The notes under the pieces are model-generated. The model was not told the origin of the DNA. It saw nothing but the letters and a program-made list of their open reading frames with translations, and ran no database searches. This document shows, in pieces, positions 28,316 through 37,247 of a stretch of 64,000 nucleotides of DNA. This DNA comes from Candidatus Bathyarchaeia archaeon (GTDB lineage: Archaea; Thermoproteota; Bathyarchaeia; Bathyarchaeales; Bathycorpusculaceae). Each line of letters starts with the position of its first letter. Position 1 is the first letter of the stretch. The position numbers were made by a program, and so were the translations under genes. The stretch covers positions 224,001-288,000 of the forward strand of contig JBEKKK010000001.1 of the NCBI GenBank assembly GCA_050010755.1, in the 5' to 3' direction.

Positions 28316-29488
28316 GTGGATACTATCTTTGCAGATAGAATGAAAACTCTTGGTACCGAAACAGCTTTCGAAGTGCTGGCAAAGGCAAAGGCGCTCGAGA
28401 GGCAAGGAAAAGACATTGTGCATTTGGAGATAGGCGAACCTGACTTTGACACGCCTAAGAACATAAAAGATGCCGCAATTAAAGCGTTGAATTCAGGTTA
28501 CACACATTACACTCCATCCGCAGGCATGCCGGAACTGAGACAGGCTATAGCAGACTACATTTCGAAAACCAGAAAACTGGACGTAAAACCGGAAGAAGTA
28601 GTCGTCACGCCTGGCGGAAAGCCGGTGATGTTCTTCAGCATTTTAGCGTTGGTAAATCCTGGGGACGAAGTCATGTATCCAAACCCGGGATTTCCTATTT
28701 ACGAGTCAATGATAAACTTTGTCGGCGCTAAGCCCGTCCCGATACAGCTCAAAGAGGAGAACGAGTTTGGCCTCGACACCGAATACGTCAAGAAGATGAT
28801 AACGAAGAAGACCAAGATGATAATTCTCAACTCTCCAGAAAACCCGACGGGTGGAATTGTAACACGAGAACAGCTCAAAGTAGTGGCTGACAGCATATCC
28901 GGCAGGAACGACGTGTTTGTGCTATCTGACGAAATCTACAGCAGAATAATCTATGAAGGCAAGCATGAAAGCATAACGCAATTTCCTGGAATGAAGGACA
29001 AGACAATTCTGTTGGACGGCTTTTCAAAAACGTATGCAATGACTGGCTGGAGACTCGGTTATGGAGTTATGAGAAAGGACTTGGCAGAAAAAGTTGCGCA
29101 ACTAATGACAAACTCGAACTCCTGCACTTGCGCTTTTACCCAATTGGCTGGGGTTGAAGCCCTAACGGGACCACAAAAAGAGTCAGAAAGAATGGATGAG
29201 GAATTCCGAAAGAGAAGAGAAGTCATAGTTCCCGGCTTGAACAACATCGAAGGCATAACATGCAAAAAGCCACACGGAGCTTTCTACGTGTTTCCGAACA
29301 TCACGGGAACAGGCATGGACTCTCGCACGCTGCAGGATTATCTGCTCAACAACGCTGGTGTGGCCGCTCTGGCGGGCACATCCTTCGGAAAATACGGTGA
29401 AGGCTACCTGCGCCTATCGTTCGCAAACTCAATCGAAAACATAAAGAAGGCACTAGAGCGAATAGCAAAGGCCGTTAAAAAGAAATAA
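28316..29488 (+). CDS. class I/II PLP aminotransferase (aspartate aminotransferase-like)
   Basis: IGEPDF, NSPENPTG, SDEIY, GFSKTYAMTGWRLG; GTG start after GGTGA. Confidence 0.92.
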   Translation: MDTIFADRMKTLGTETAFEVLAKAKALERQGKDIVHLEIGEPDFDTPKNIKDAAIKALNSGYTHYTPSAGMPELRQAIADYISKTRKLDVKPEEVVVTPGGKPVMFFSILALVNPGDEVMYPNPGFPIYESMINFVGAKPVPIQLKEENEFGLDTEYVKKMITKKTKMIILNSPENPTGGIVTREQLKVVADSISGRNDVFVLSDEIYSRIIYEGKHESITQFPGMKDKTILLDGFSKTYAMTGWRLGYGVMRKDLAEKVAQLMTNSNSCTCAFTQLAGVEALTGPQKESERMDEEFRKRREVIVPGLNNIEGITCKKPHGAFYVFPNITGTGMDSRTLQDYLLNNAGVAALAGTSFGKYGEGYLRLSFANSIENIKKALERIAKAVKKK

Positions 29489-29495
29489 GTCTGGT

Positions 29496-29873
29496 CTACT
29501 CTTCCACTTTTTCTTCCGTCATAGCCTCAACGATGTCTGAGGCTAAACGCACTATATCGTTGGCCTGTTTCATAGCTTTCTCGCCATCGACTTCTTCAAT
29601 CTGAGCCAGCTGTTGAAACATCGCCTCAATTTCAACTAGAAACCTCAGAATGGGATCCGTAATCGGTCCCTGCGTCTTCTCAGCGGTTTCTCTCACAACT
29701 ATCTCAACGAAGGCTGGCTCTCCAAGGCTATAATAGATGGCGTTCCTAGCTTTTCTGATGGCCTCCAAAACCAAACTTGGAGCCATATAGGGCATCTTTC
29801 TCGCAGCCTGAAGCTCCGCTTTTGCTTCGCGCAAGTATCGCAACGCCCAACTTCTTCTATAATCATCCATCAT
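29496..29873 (-). CDS. all-helical hypothetical protein (possibly HEPN-like)
   Basis: RYLREAKAEL.AA...AIYY helical pattern; no RxxxxH seen. Confidence 0.55.
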   Translation of the reverse strand: MMDDYRRSWALRYLREAKAELQAARKMPYMAPSLVLEAIRKARNAIYYSLGEPAFVEIVVRETAEKTQGPITDPILRFLVEIEAMFQQLAQIEEVDGEKAMKQANDIVRLASDIVEAMTEEKVEE

Positions 29874-29919
29874 TACAGTTCGACCCTCATTCTGTTGAAA
29901 GAGCCGACTTCAACCGAGG

Positions 29920-30186
29920 TTACGCGCCAACTGGCGCTCCTTCAGCCGATTCCTCGCCTTCCAGTTCCACTTCCTCGGAGGTCTCCTCTTGCAGTTGCCT
30001 TTGTTCTGTCGCCACAAAACGAGTTATGTAGCCCGCTATCTGGTTCAGAACCTTGGGAGTTCCTCCCTGCACTAGAGCCCTAACTAAATGTTTGTTATTC
30101 TCAAAATCATTGGTGAACTTTTCAGGAAATCGTTTGATAAGCTCCTTAGCTGTCCGTTTGATTTGCTCAGTCCGCACATTACCCAA
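29920..30186 (-). CDS. rps17e: 30S ribosomal protein S17e
   Basis: MGNVRTEQIKR.A.EL...FT.DFE.NK...NQIAGYITR; acidic C-terminal tail. Confidence 0.95.
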   Translation of the reverse strand: MGNVRTEQIKRTAKELIKRFPEKFTNDFENNKHLVRALVQGGTPKVLNQIAGYITRFVATEQRQLQEETSEEVELEGEESAEGAPVGA

Positions 30187-30405
30187 ACTTCACGATCCTC
30201 CGAATGCCCTTGACTTTCTGCCCGCTCCGAAGCATGTTAATTCCAGTTTGGACTGTCATAAACCCAACATACTAATTTAAACTTACCCCACAGTACTCGC
30301 CAAAAACCTATTCAAGACTCATCGAACCATCCATGCCAATCGCTCACATGCAGAGCCTTACCTTTTACCGAAAAGTCGACAATTCTTAATCAAGCAAGTT
30401 CATCG

Positions 30406-31188
30406 TTATTGAATGCGCTCAACATCGAAGAAATTTTTGAAGTTTTCAAGTATCTGTTCTGCAACTTCTTCTACGCTTATTTTCTTGACCTCTGCGAAGG
30501 CCGCAATAACGGTCGGAATAAAAGAGGGCGTAGTTCTCTTTCCTTCAAAAGGTCTCTTGAAAAAACGAACTGGGCCGTCGGTCTCTGTTAAGAGATTGGT
30601 CAAGGGCACTTTTTTGACCACCTCACGTATTCCATTTGAATATAGTATCGCAGGCCCCTCAGTGATGTAATAACCTCTTTCGATGGCTTTGCCAAGCGCG
30701 CTGATTGGATTACTGAACCAGTGCAGCAGCACCTTCTTGAGCGTGTAAGAGGAAAGCATGTCAATCACCTGCACAGTCGTCCCCCGCGAATGAATAATGG
30801 CCGGCAAACCAAGCTTTTCAGCCAAACGCAGCATCAAATCAAAAACCTTCACCTGCTTATCCCATATGTCCATGTACTTGGAGTCTAGCCCTATCTCGCC
30901 CAAAGCGACGAACGCCTTGTTCCTCCTCTGCGCTGAGATCAGCTGTGAAACTTGATCGAGTTCGCTATCCTGAAGTTCCTTCACAGTCCAAGGATGAATA
31001 CCTAACGCAGCATACACGATCCCAGGATGACGCTCCGTTAATTCTAAGGTTCCATGGCAGGTTTTCAGATCCATGGAGTTTGAAACCAGAGCTACTACGC
31101 CTGAGTTTTTTGCTTCAGCCAGAACTTCATCCACAACTCCAGCATACTCCTCGTCTGAGAGATGAATGTGCGCGTCAACAAACTTCAT
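30406..31188 (-). CDS. tatD: TatD family hydrolase
   Basis: DAHIH, GIHP, GEIGLD, IHSR, LHWF, ETDGP. Confidence 0.92.
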   Translation of the reverse strand: MKFVDAHIHLSDEEYAGVVDEVLAEAKNSGVVALVSNSMDLKTCHGTLELTERHPGIVYAALGIHPWTVKELQDSELDQVSQLISAQRRNKAFVALGEIGLDSKYMDIWDKQVKVFDLMLRLAEKLGLPAIIHSRGTTVQVIDMLSSYTLKKVLLHWFSNPISALGKAIERGYYITEGPAILYSNGIREVVKKVPLTNLLTETDGPVRFFKRPFEGKRTTPSFIPTVIAAFAEVKKISVEEVAEQILENFKNFFDVERIQ

Positions 31189-31371
31189 CGCTATCACTTT
31201 GGGCAACACTCATGCAACGTCTGCTTTAATAAATTCCCCTAGGAGGGTTCTGTTAACTCTTCGGCGCTTTTCAATGTTGATGAACAAGACTAGTTTCTGG
31301 AACGTACTGAACCAAGGCTCAGACAGACATATATTTTCCAATTGTCAATGTTAGATTGGAGGAGTTTAAGC

Positions 31372-32067
31372 ATGAGTGGAACAAAAGAAAGAAAAATCAC
31401 TCGAAAAGGGGTCCTTGTTACGCTTGGAATAATCTGCATCATTTTAGTAGCCTCCTTAGGCGGTGTGGTTGCAGCATATACATTAATGATAAACGACAAA
31501 AACAACACAATCTCATCCTTAACCAATCAGATTTCTCAATTAAACTCTAGTATAGCAAATCTTCAGAGCCAAGTTGCCTCCGAAAACTCCACGATTAATT
31601 CCCTGACCTCTCAGGTCGCAAATCTGCAAAAAGAATTAAATCCGAATACAACTTACACGGCGGCAGGAGTTCTCGACGGGTTGGAACTCACTATGAGGCT
31701 CGAAAATATCGTTTACATTCTCGGCGAACCAGTAAACATTACGCTCACAGTCACCAACATAAGCAATCAGACGATGAACTATAACTTCGAACACCCAAAC
31801 TTTGACTTTCGAGTTTACAACGACACGAATGACAACCTGTACCAATGGTCGAACACCCAGGTTTCTCTTAATTATGGCTCCATAATACCTCTCAACCCTG
31901 GCGAGAGTCTTGCTTCAGGTAATTTGGTTTGGCCTCAGACTTGCAACGTTATGGATGGTTCGCAAAGCTTTCCCGTTTCGCCAGGAACATATTACATTGT
32001 TGGATACGACCTAGGTAATGGTACGCAGACGGGCCCGATACAAATAACCATATCCCAGCCAATCTGA
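31372..32067 (+). CDS. membrane-anchored protein with coiled-coil stalk and BsuPI/Ig-like domain
   Basis: N-terminal TM; repeats TISSLTNQI / TINSLTSQV; GEPVNITLTVTN...FDF.VY..YQWS...LNPGES...PGTY. Confidence 0.7.
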   Translation: MSGTKERKITRKGVLVTLGIICIILVASLGGVVAAYTLMINDKNNTISSLTNQISQLNSSIANLQSQVASENSTINSLTSQVANLQKELNPNTTYTAAGVLDGLELTMRLENIVYILGEPVNITLTVTNISNQTMNYNFEHPNFDFRVYNDTNDNLYQWSNTQVSLNYGSIIPLNPGESLASGNLVWPQTCNVMDGSQSFPVSPGTYYIVGYDLGNGTQTGPIQITISQPI

Positions 32068-32403
32068 TGCCCTTAGGAACCTGTCTCAAACCTCTGATGC
32101 TGACTTGTCTTCTTGATCAGAGAAATCCATTTGCTTCATCAGACTCGATATTCGCCTTTTGTGAAGGAGTTTTTCCGTTTAGTGCTGTAGACGCGCGCGA
32201 GCAAGTTTTTAGAAAGTCTTTTTCATCCACCTGTGCTTCCAGTTCCTTCCCAAGATAGGCCCCCCAGTCAAATCCAATACTAAGTTATTCGTTTAGAGTC
32301 TTACGTATTCTGAACCCTGACCCACCGTCTCAGTGGCGTAAAATCAGTACCGATAAGCGTAAATATGCCTTGAAATAGTAAAAGAGGCTACTGAGGACTC
32401 TTT

Positions 32404-32625
32404 ATGGTAGAATTAGAGTTGGCCGTAGCTCCAATGCATAGACTGTGCAAAAAGGCTGGAGCTGACAGAGTTAGCGAGGCTGCAGCGAAAGAACTGGCAA
32501 AAGCCCTAGAGGAAATTGGGGTAAAAATCGCCAAAGAAGCTCTGGACTTCGCAATGCATGCTGGAAGGAAGACCATAAAATCTGAAGATATTGAAATCGC
32601 AGCCAGAAAAGTCATGGGCAAATAG
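32404..32625 (+). CDS. archaeal histone
   Basis: [22 protein letters not shown]...[17 protein letters not shown]. Confidence 0.95.
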   Translation: MVELELAVAPMHRLCKKAGADRVSEAAAKELAKALEEIGVKIAKEALDFAMHAGRKTIKSEDIEIAARKVMGK

Positions 32626-32626
32626 A

Positions 32627-32656
32627 CTTTTTTTCCCAGTTTCTCCTTTCTTTTTA
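32627..32656 (+). terminator. oligo-T terminator after the histone gene
   Basis: CTTTTTTTCCCAGTTTCTCCTTTCTTTTT right after the stop codon. Confidence 0.6.
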
Positions 32657-32750
32657 TTGAAATGATGCAGACTAGTACAATCGAATACCTGCATTAACGC
32701 GAAAACGCTTAAGAACTGCGAACAGACTTCAATATTCGAAGTTGGTAAAC

Positions 32751-33074
32751 ATGGGTGGAAAGAAAAAGCTCAACCTGAAACAAATGGAACGGATGCAAGA
32801 CAAGAAGGATGAAGAAGACAAAGAAAAGAAGAAGAAAGAGAAAGGTGGAGCTCCCAAAGAAAAGAGAGCTTCGGCAGTGGTTCCGCCTGACGCTAAAAAC
32901 GACAAAATAATTGGAGAGCTCAAGAAGATGCACGTTCTAACACCTTACGCCGTGGCAACCCGATACAACATAAGAATTAGCGCAGCCAAAAGTTTCCTTG
33001 AAGAACTGAAAGAAAACGGCACGATCCAAGTCGTTTCAGGAAGCCACAACCTCAAAATATACAAGGCAGACTGA
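32751..33074 (+). CDS. rps25e: 30S ribosomal protein S25e
   Basis: MGGKKK..., LTPY.VA.RYNIRISAAK..L.EL...G.I..V...HNLKIY. Confidence 0.9.
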   Translation: MGGKKKLNLKQMERMQDKKDEEDKEKKKKEKGGAPKEKRASAVVPPDAKNDKIIGELKKMHVLTPYAVATRYNIRISAAKSFLEELKENGTIQVVSGSHNLKIYKAD

Positions 33075-33138
33075 ATTTTCCCATTTCAGAAATTCATTCG
33101 TCCACGCAAGTGGTAGATTATCAGAGGTTAGAACCTGT

Positions 33139-33618
33139 TTGGATTTTCCCAGGAGAATCTATACAGATGAAGAAGTCATCAGGGCAAGAGGACTGGTTGA
33201 GAATGGATACAAACACATTTTGACATCCGAAGGCAGTCCAGCCTTCAAGCAGAAGGTGGGCAGAGCAATCGATCTCGTCAAAGTTGCGGGTTACTACGAT
33301 TTCTTGAGAACTTACATTCGTGAAATCAAGGAGATTGACGGCTTGACCCAGCTTCGACAAGCTGAGGCTGCAATATGGGCGAACATGTACGCCGTGGAGA
33401 ATCCCGTCGACGCGGCCAGTCTTTTTGTGCAAAAGGCTAACAGCATGAAGGAATACCTGGAGGGCAAGCTTTACTACGGCGGACTAGCGGAGAGACGTTC
33501 CGACGAAAAACGGATTGAATTTCTCAAAGTGTTAGAGTCCAAGAGTCAGGAAAAGCAGGTTAGAGAAGAGTGTGAGAGAATCCTGAAGCTGTGGCGAGAG
33601 GCTTATTGGGTGTATTAG
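33139..33618 (+). CDS. conserved hypothetical protein
   Basis: 159-aa ORF with TTG start filling the gap between two genes. Confidence 0.6.
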   Translation: MDFPRRIYTDEEVIRARGLVENGYKHILTSEGSPAFKQKVGRAIDLVKVAGYYDFLRTYIREIKEIDGLTQLRQAEAAIWANMYAVENPVDAASLFVQKANSMKEYLEGKLYYGGLAERRSDEKRIEFLKVLESKSQEKQVREECERILKLWREAYWVY

Positions 33619-33998
33619 ACGCTTTCAACCCTAATTTTTGTTCCGCTCTTCACCCTTTTAAATAGTTCAAGGTTCGAAGTGACTTTGCCCACGATGCTCA
33701 CGGGGCTGTAAGGTTGTGAGCTACCATAGAAGATGCATATGGCGCTTCCCATCGGCCAAAACGCGATTGTGCCGGTTTCGACCGTGCCCTTGGCTTTTTC
33801 TTCTCCCATCTTAATGGGTGTTTCGAAGTACACCTCTTCTTTCCACATCGCCGCTCTACCCTCTATCGGCAGTTTCCTAACTATCAAATCCACTGTCCTG
33901 GGCGCGAGAAACCGAACCAGTTCTCCTTCTGCCTCGCCCAGCCCTTCGACTATAAACTTCACTTTTACGCGAGATATCTCTGCTTGTTCTTCACTCAT
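33615..33998 (-). CDS. cyclophilin-like fold protein (DUF369/AF2241-like)
   Basis: APRTV..I...LP, WKEEVYFETP, G.IAFWP.G.AICIFYG. Confidence 0.85.
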   Translation of the reverse strand: MSEEQAEISRVKVKFIVEGLGEAEGELVRFLAPRTVDLIVRKLPIEGRAAMWKEEVYFETPIKMGEEKAKGTVETGTIAFWPMGSAICIFYGSSQPYSPVSIVGKVTSNLELFKRVKSGTKIRVESV

Positions 33999-35329
33999 TT
34001 TTCTTTCCGGCTTCTTTGAATGACCTCGTCCAGAATCTGCTCAAGAGAAACTGGCCCCAAAACTTCGAGCTCATACTTTACTCTTACGGTGGGCTTGCTA
34101 ATAGATATGACCCTTCTGAGGTCGATGGGCGTCCCGATGACTACAACATCGCAGGGCGTCCGATCGATTGTCTCCTTCAGCTCCTGCACCTGTTTTTCAC
34201 CATAACCCAACGCAGGAAGAACCGCCCCCAGATGCGCATACTTTCTGAACGCATCCCTTATCGACCCCACTGCGTATGGTCTCGGATCAACCAACTCAGC
34301 CGCTCCAAATCTCTTCGCGAAGACCACGCCGGCCCCGAAGGACATGCCACCATGCGTCACGGTTGGTCCATCCTCAATCACCAGAACCTTCTTTCCGCGG
34401 ACAGCTTCCGGATTGTCGGCGGTTATGGGTGAAGCTGCCTCCAGCACTTTAGCGTTCGGATTGACTGATTTGATGTTTTCCCTTACTTCGTGGACCTTTT
34501 GTGGATCTGCTGTGTCAACCTTGTTTATTATGATGACATCCGCCATTCGCAGGTTGGTTTCGCCAGGGTAGTATGTCAACTCGTTTCCTGCCCTGTGCGG
34601 GTCGGCCACGACGATGTTTAGATCAGGCCTGTAGAAGGACATGTCGTTGTTGCCCCCATCCCACACTATCACGTCAGCTTCGTCCTCAGCTTCTCTCAAA
34701 ATCTTTTCATAGTCTACTCCTGCGTAAACGATTATTCCGTTGTCAATGTGAGGCTCATACTCTTCTCTCTCTTCAATTGTGCACTCATACTTGTCCAAAT
34801 CCGCCAAAGAAGCGAAGCGTTCGCACACCTGTCTTCTCAAATTTCCGTAGGGCATCGGATGCCTGACGACTGCAACGTTCAGACCTTTATTCTTCAAGAT
34901 CTTTGCAACCTGCCTGGAGGTTTGGCTCTTGCCTGATCCTGTTCTGACAGCGCACACGGAGACAATGGGGACCTCTGCCTTCAGCATTGTTGTCTTGGGG
35001 CCCATCAGACGAAAATCTGGACCGTTCGCCAACACCTGAGAAGCCTTGTGCATCAGGTACTCATGGGAAACGTCGCTGTAAGCGAAAACGACCTGGTCAA
35101 CATCATGTTCTCTTATCAGCTTGGGAAGCTCTTCTTCTGAGCATATTGGTATTCCGTTCGGATACTTTGAGCCGGCAAGCTCAGCAGGATAGCAGCGCCC
35201 TTCAATTCCAGGTATCTGGGTGGCTGTGAAGGCCACTACGTCATAAGCGTCGTTGTCTCGGAAGAACACGTTGAAGTTATGGAAGTCCCTTCCAGCCGCG
35301 CCCATTATTACAACTTTGATTTGCTTCAT
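33995..35329 (-). CDS. COG2403 P-loop NTPase (cDPG-synthetase-like; arginine synthetase ArcE-like)
   Basis: GAAGRDFHNFN, AFTATQIP, RTGSGKSQT, RHPMPYG, EEREEYEPHI, WDGGNND, EDGPT.THGGM. Confidence 0.8.
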   Translation of the reverse strand: MKQIKVVIMGAAGRDFHNFNVFFRDNDAYDVVAFTATQIPGIEGRCYPAELAGSKYPNGIPICSEEELPKLIREHDVDQVVFAYSDVSHEYLMHKASQVLANGPDFRLMGPKTTMLKAEVPIVSVCAVRTGSGKSQTSRQVAKILKNKGLNVAVVRHPMPYGNLRRQVCERFASLADLDKYECTIEEREEYEPHIDNGIIVYAGVDYEKILREAEDEADVIVWDGGNNDMSFYRPDLNIVVADPHRAGNELTYYPGETNLRMADVIIINKVDTADPQKVHEVRENIKSVNPNAKVLEAASPITADNPEAVRGKKVLVIEDGPTVTHGGMSFGAGVVFAKRFGAAELVDPRPYAVGSIRDAFRKYAHLGAVLPALGYGEKQVQELKETIDRTPCDVVVIGTPIDLRRVISISKPTVRVKYELEVLGPVSLEQILDEVIQRSRKEK

Positions 35330-35372
35330 TGCAAAATCCTCCAGCAAAACCCCAAATCTGGGGGTTGAATAC

Positions 35373-35382
35373 TAGCGCGCGC
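35373..35382. repeat. TAGCGCGCGC motif just downstream of the TATA-like box of the COG2403 gene
   Basis: minus strand reads TTTATATGG-AAT-GCGCGCGCTAG. Confidence 0.8.
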
Positions 35383-35410
35383 ATTCCATATAAACCTTGA
35401 CGTCGGAGCA

Positions 35411-36514
35411 CTATTCTGTCAATTGGAGCACATTGTCGCTTATGTAGTCTATTTGTTTCGCCGTGACCCCAGGATGGACGGGCAGTGAAAACACACGTTC
35501 TGCCGCCTTTTCTGTCTCTGGAAGCCTATATATGCCGAACTTGCGATAGTACGGCATGAGATGTATCGGGTTCACGTAGCAGATGAACGCATCTATTCCC
35601 TTCTGCTTCAGCTTCTCAACGATGCTGTCCCTCTCTTTCTCCTTTGCTCTCTTCAATTGGACAGTGTACAGGTACCAAGAGCACTTGAAACCCTCCGGTT
35701 CGCTTGGCAGTTTAAGATTCTTTGCCTTCGCTAGGTTTTCTGTCAGTCTCTTCGCGTTCTGGCGCCTTCTGGCCACAAACTTTGGCAGTTTTTTGAGCTG
35801 TTCGACGCCTATGGCGGCAGCTATTTCCGGCATGTGGTAATTGTGTCCAAGCATCAGGGATTGATACTTCTTCTTCTCTCCGTGACTTCGAATGTACCGC
35901 GGCGTTTCCGCAATCTCGTCACTGTTCGTTGTTATCATGCCGCCTTCGCCCGTTGTCATGTTCTTGCTTCCGTAAAAGCTCCAGCAGGCAGCGTCGGCAA
36001 AGGTTCCTGGAGGTTTTCCCTTGTACGTTGCTCCATGCGCTTGAGCCGCGTCTTCTATGATTTTGAGCTCATGCTTGTCAGCTACTTCTCTTATGGGCTG
36101 CACGTCAGCAGGCATGCCATAGAGGTCAACCGGCATTATCGCTTTGGTCTTCCCCGTCACAGCCTTCCGAGCTGCTTCTGGAGAAATGGTGTACGTGTCA
36201 GGATTTATGTCAACAAAAACTGGTCTCGCTCTGTTGAACAATATGACCTCGGCTGTTGCAACAAACGTGAAGCTGGGTAGAATCACCTCGTCGCCGGCCT
36301 TCACACCAGCTGCTGTTAGAGCCGAGTGAAGAGCGGCGGTCCCGGAGTTCGTGGCTATTCCATGCTTCGCCTTAACAAACTTGGCAAAGGCTTTCTCGAA
36401 TTCCGTGACCTTCGGGCCTGCACCCAAGCCTGATGTTAAAATACCGCTTTTCAAGACTTTGACGACGGCTTCGATCTCTTCCTCGCCAATCTGAGGAGCA
36501 TTGATCGATATCAT
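35411..36514 (-). CDS. DegT/DnrJ/EryC1/StrS sugar aminotransferase
   Basis: NSGTAALH, TFVATA, EDAAQAHG, SFYGSKNMTTGEGG, G.NY.M. Confidence 0.92.
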   Translation of the reverse strand: MISINAPQIGEEEIEAVVKVLKSGILTSGLGAGPKVTEFEKAFAKFVKAKHGIATNSGTAALHSALTAAGVKAGDEVILPSFTFVATAEVILFNRARPVFVDINPDTYTISPEAARKAVTGKTKAIMPVDLYGMPADVQPIREVADKHELKIIEDAAQAHGATYKGKPPGTFADAACWSFYGSKNMTTGEGGMITTNSDEIAETPRYIRSHGEKKKYQSLMLGHNYHMPEIAAAIGVEQLKKLPKFVARRRQNAKRLTENLAKAKNLKLPSEPEGFKCSWYLYTVQLKRAKEKERDSIVEKLKQKGIDAFICYVNPIHLMPYYRKFGIYRLPETEKAAERVFSLPVHPGVTAKQIDYISDNVLQLTE

Positions 36515-36602
36515 CACAACGCCTTCCCAACTAGTGTAGAGATCTATGTTAATAACCTCTACGTTAGCATTTCGGATACGTTTCTGCACGCCGACAGAGG
36601 AA

Positions 36603-37235
36603 TTAGAATTTGTTGGCTAAGCCTTTCACCCTATTGAGGAACTCTTCCCTTTCTTTTTCAACCTCTTCCTTTCTTCTCAACAGAAACTCCAGCTCTTCGG
36701 ATATTTCCTCCAGCCACTGTTCCAAAGCCGCATTGCTCTCTTTGGTGGTCAGTTTTGCGATGTATCTTGACACGTCTTGAGCTGCGTTCTTCTTCAGCGA
36801 GCGCAAGGGGAAGTTGATTTCCTGAAACTTCGAGAAAGGAAAGAAATGCCTAGTTGAACGCGGTTCCATCAGACGGCCACTGACGCCTGCTGCTATGACT
36901 TTCTCGACGGTTATTTCGTTGTCGACCCCGTCCGTGTATCGATGTATTCTTCTTTTTCCGACATGTATCTTGCCCTTGAATACATCTGTGAGAATGACAG
37001 GTATGAGTTCATAGCCGAGGCTTTTCAATGCGAGCCAGCGGTGCATGCCATCCAAGATGACATGGGTTTTCTCGTCGACCACGATTGGATACTTCAGCAC
37101 TCCGTCGTTGATAATTTCTTTTCGCAGGAGCTCAAGGTAAAAGGGGGAGCCCTTTTCATGGGGCTTGAGCTGATCAACCCGTAATAAGGTCACTTTGGCA
37201 GCGACGCTGTCGACTCTTTGCACAGTAGTCGTCAC
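36603..37235 (-). CDS. ParB/Srx-fold protein resembling the free-serine kinases SerK/SbnI
   Basis: LKPHE, PIVVD, ILDGMHRW.AL..LG, T.EKVI..G..GRLMEPRSTRH.FPF; starts 12 nt after the trpB2 stop. Confidence 0.7.
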   Translation of the reverse strand: MTTTVQRVDSVAAKVTLLRVDQLKPHEKGSPFYLELLRKEIINDGVLKYPIVVDEKTHVILDGMHRWLALKSLGYELIPVILTDVFKGKIHVGKRRIHRYTDGVDNEITVEKVIAAGVSGRLMEPRSTRHFFPFSKFQEINFPLRSLKKNAAQDVSRYIAKLTTKESNAALEQWLEEISEELEFLLRRKEEVEKEREEFLNRVKGLANKF

Positions 37236-37247
37236 ATTATTCGCCTG

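Noticed and set aside
29496-29873. HEPN toxin of an MNT-HEPN pair
   Set aside because: No RxxxxH motif and no adjacent MNT gene; it sits downstream of rps17e like a core gene.
36603-37235. ParB as a chromosome-partition protein binding the (GC)n motif as parS
   Set aside because: No HTH domain and no parA neighbour; the motifs fit the SerK-like branch better.
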